NCBI GenBank assembly: GCA_039810425.1
Contig: JBDHWW010000006.1
Coordinates: 25,800-89,799 of the forward strand
DNA length: 64,000 nt
Direction: 5' to 3'
Source: Pseudobdellovibrionaceae bacterium
GTDB lineage: Bacteria > Bdellovibrionota > Bdellovibrionia > Bdellovibrionales > Bdellovibrionaceae
Position numbers and translations under genes: made by a program. The notes under the pieces are model-generated. The model did not search any database. It was given only the letters and a program-made list of their open reading frames with translations, and was not told where the DNA came from. The stretch's first letter is position 1. Every line of letters starts with the position of its first letter. Positions 63,617 to 64,000 of the stretch are shown in pieces.

Positions 63617-63864
63617 TGTGGTAGTTGAGAGTTGCGTTGACATGACTCTCTCGGTCGATTGATTTTTGTGTTTAATGGATTTTTGTTTCTTCTGTCACCT
63701 CCATTTTTTCAATCACATATTTTTTATAAAGATCATAACCATCGTCCCAGGTCTGCTTCGGAGTTCGTCCGAGGCAGCGTTTGCCTTGATTTGTGCGTCG
63801 TTCGTTGTAGTAGCCCATGTACGTGTCCAGATCCTTCTGCATTTGCTCGATGGACGTATAGAGG
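63617..63864 (-). mobile_element. IS481-family element remnant (right end and transposase C-terminus)
   Basis: LYTSIEQMQKDLD.Y...YN.RR..QGK.C.GRTP; terminal TGTGGTAGTTGAGAGTTGCGTTGACA at 63617-63642, flanked by TTTAAA. Confidence 0.8.
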
Positions 63865-64000
63865 TGTCTAGCTTTTTTCTTTCCGGAAGTTTGACGCAAT
63901 AATTTAGTGTAGAGTTTTCATTTTTTCTTCCCGATTTTTTGACTTTCGATCTGCTCTGGCATTTTCAATTTTTTCACGGCGTTCATTTAATACCAGACCA
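63865..64000 (-). mobile_element. End of a second IS (IS3-like) inserted into the IS481 transposase; continues beyond the window
   Basis: TGTCTAGC... terminus at 63865; minus-strand frame 63999-63904 reads GLVLNERREKIENARADRKSKNR, a transposase-like C-terminus. Confidence 0.55.

Noticed and set aside
1..64000. CRISPR arrays, tRNA, rRNA, tmRNA, SRP, RNase P, prophage or defence systems
   Set aside because: No regularly spaced repeats, RNA signature motifs, or phage/defence protein motifs seen by eye; an Rfam or tRNAscan run would be needed to exclude small RNAs.

Overview
Gene-dense bacterial chromosome segment, most likely from a Bdellovibrionota predator (Bdellovibrio-like). This is inferred from FQNC-type lipoprotein signals, an Agl-Glt-type operon, tandem GYF_2 and VKOR-DsbA proteins, and sigma-28-like promoters. 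1-30 kb is mostly core: trmD-SPOUT MTase-rplS-rnhB-yraN, lptD, STAS, HU, argS, pyk, atoB-scoA-scoB and TolC-MacA-MacB. 30-43 kb holds small Cys-rich secreted proteins, a divergent QueD/PTPS-III pair, feoAB, a GT4-deacetylase fusion, an MCP and TauE. 43.0-53.7 kb is a ten-gene operon that puts a TolQR-like motor (AglRQS-like), Glt-like trans-envelope parts and a CglB-like vWA lipoprotein in one unit, followed by an HD-GYP gene. 54.9-63.6 kb looks AT-richer by eye and carries a glycosylation module, a histidine kinase and orphans. The window ends in an IS481 remnant interrupted by a second IS. Best leads outside the ORF track: (1) four sigma-28-like -10 boxes exactly 7 nt before start codons, implying leaderless mRNAs; (2) a recurring GTCTCA-N3-TGAGAC operator-like palindrome; (3) a His->Arg change at a QueD zinc-ligand position. 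No rRNA, tRNA or CRISPR array was seen. All assignments come from reading motifs; no database searches were run.
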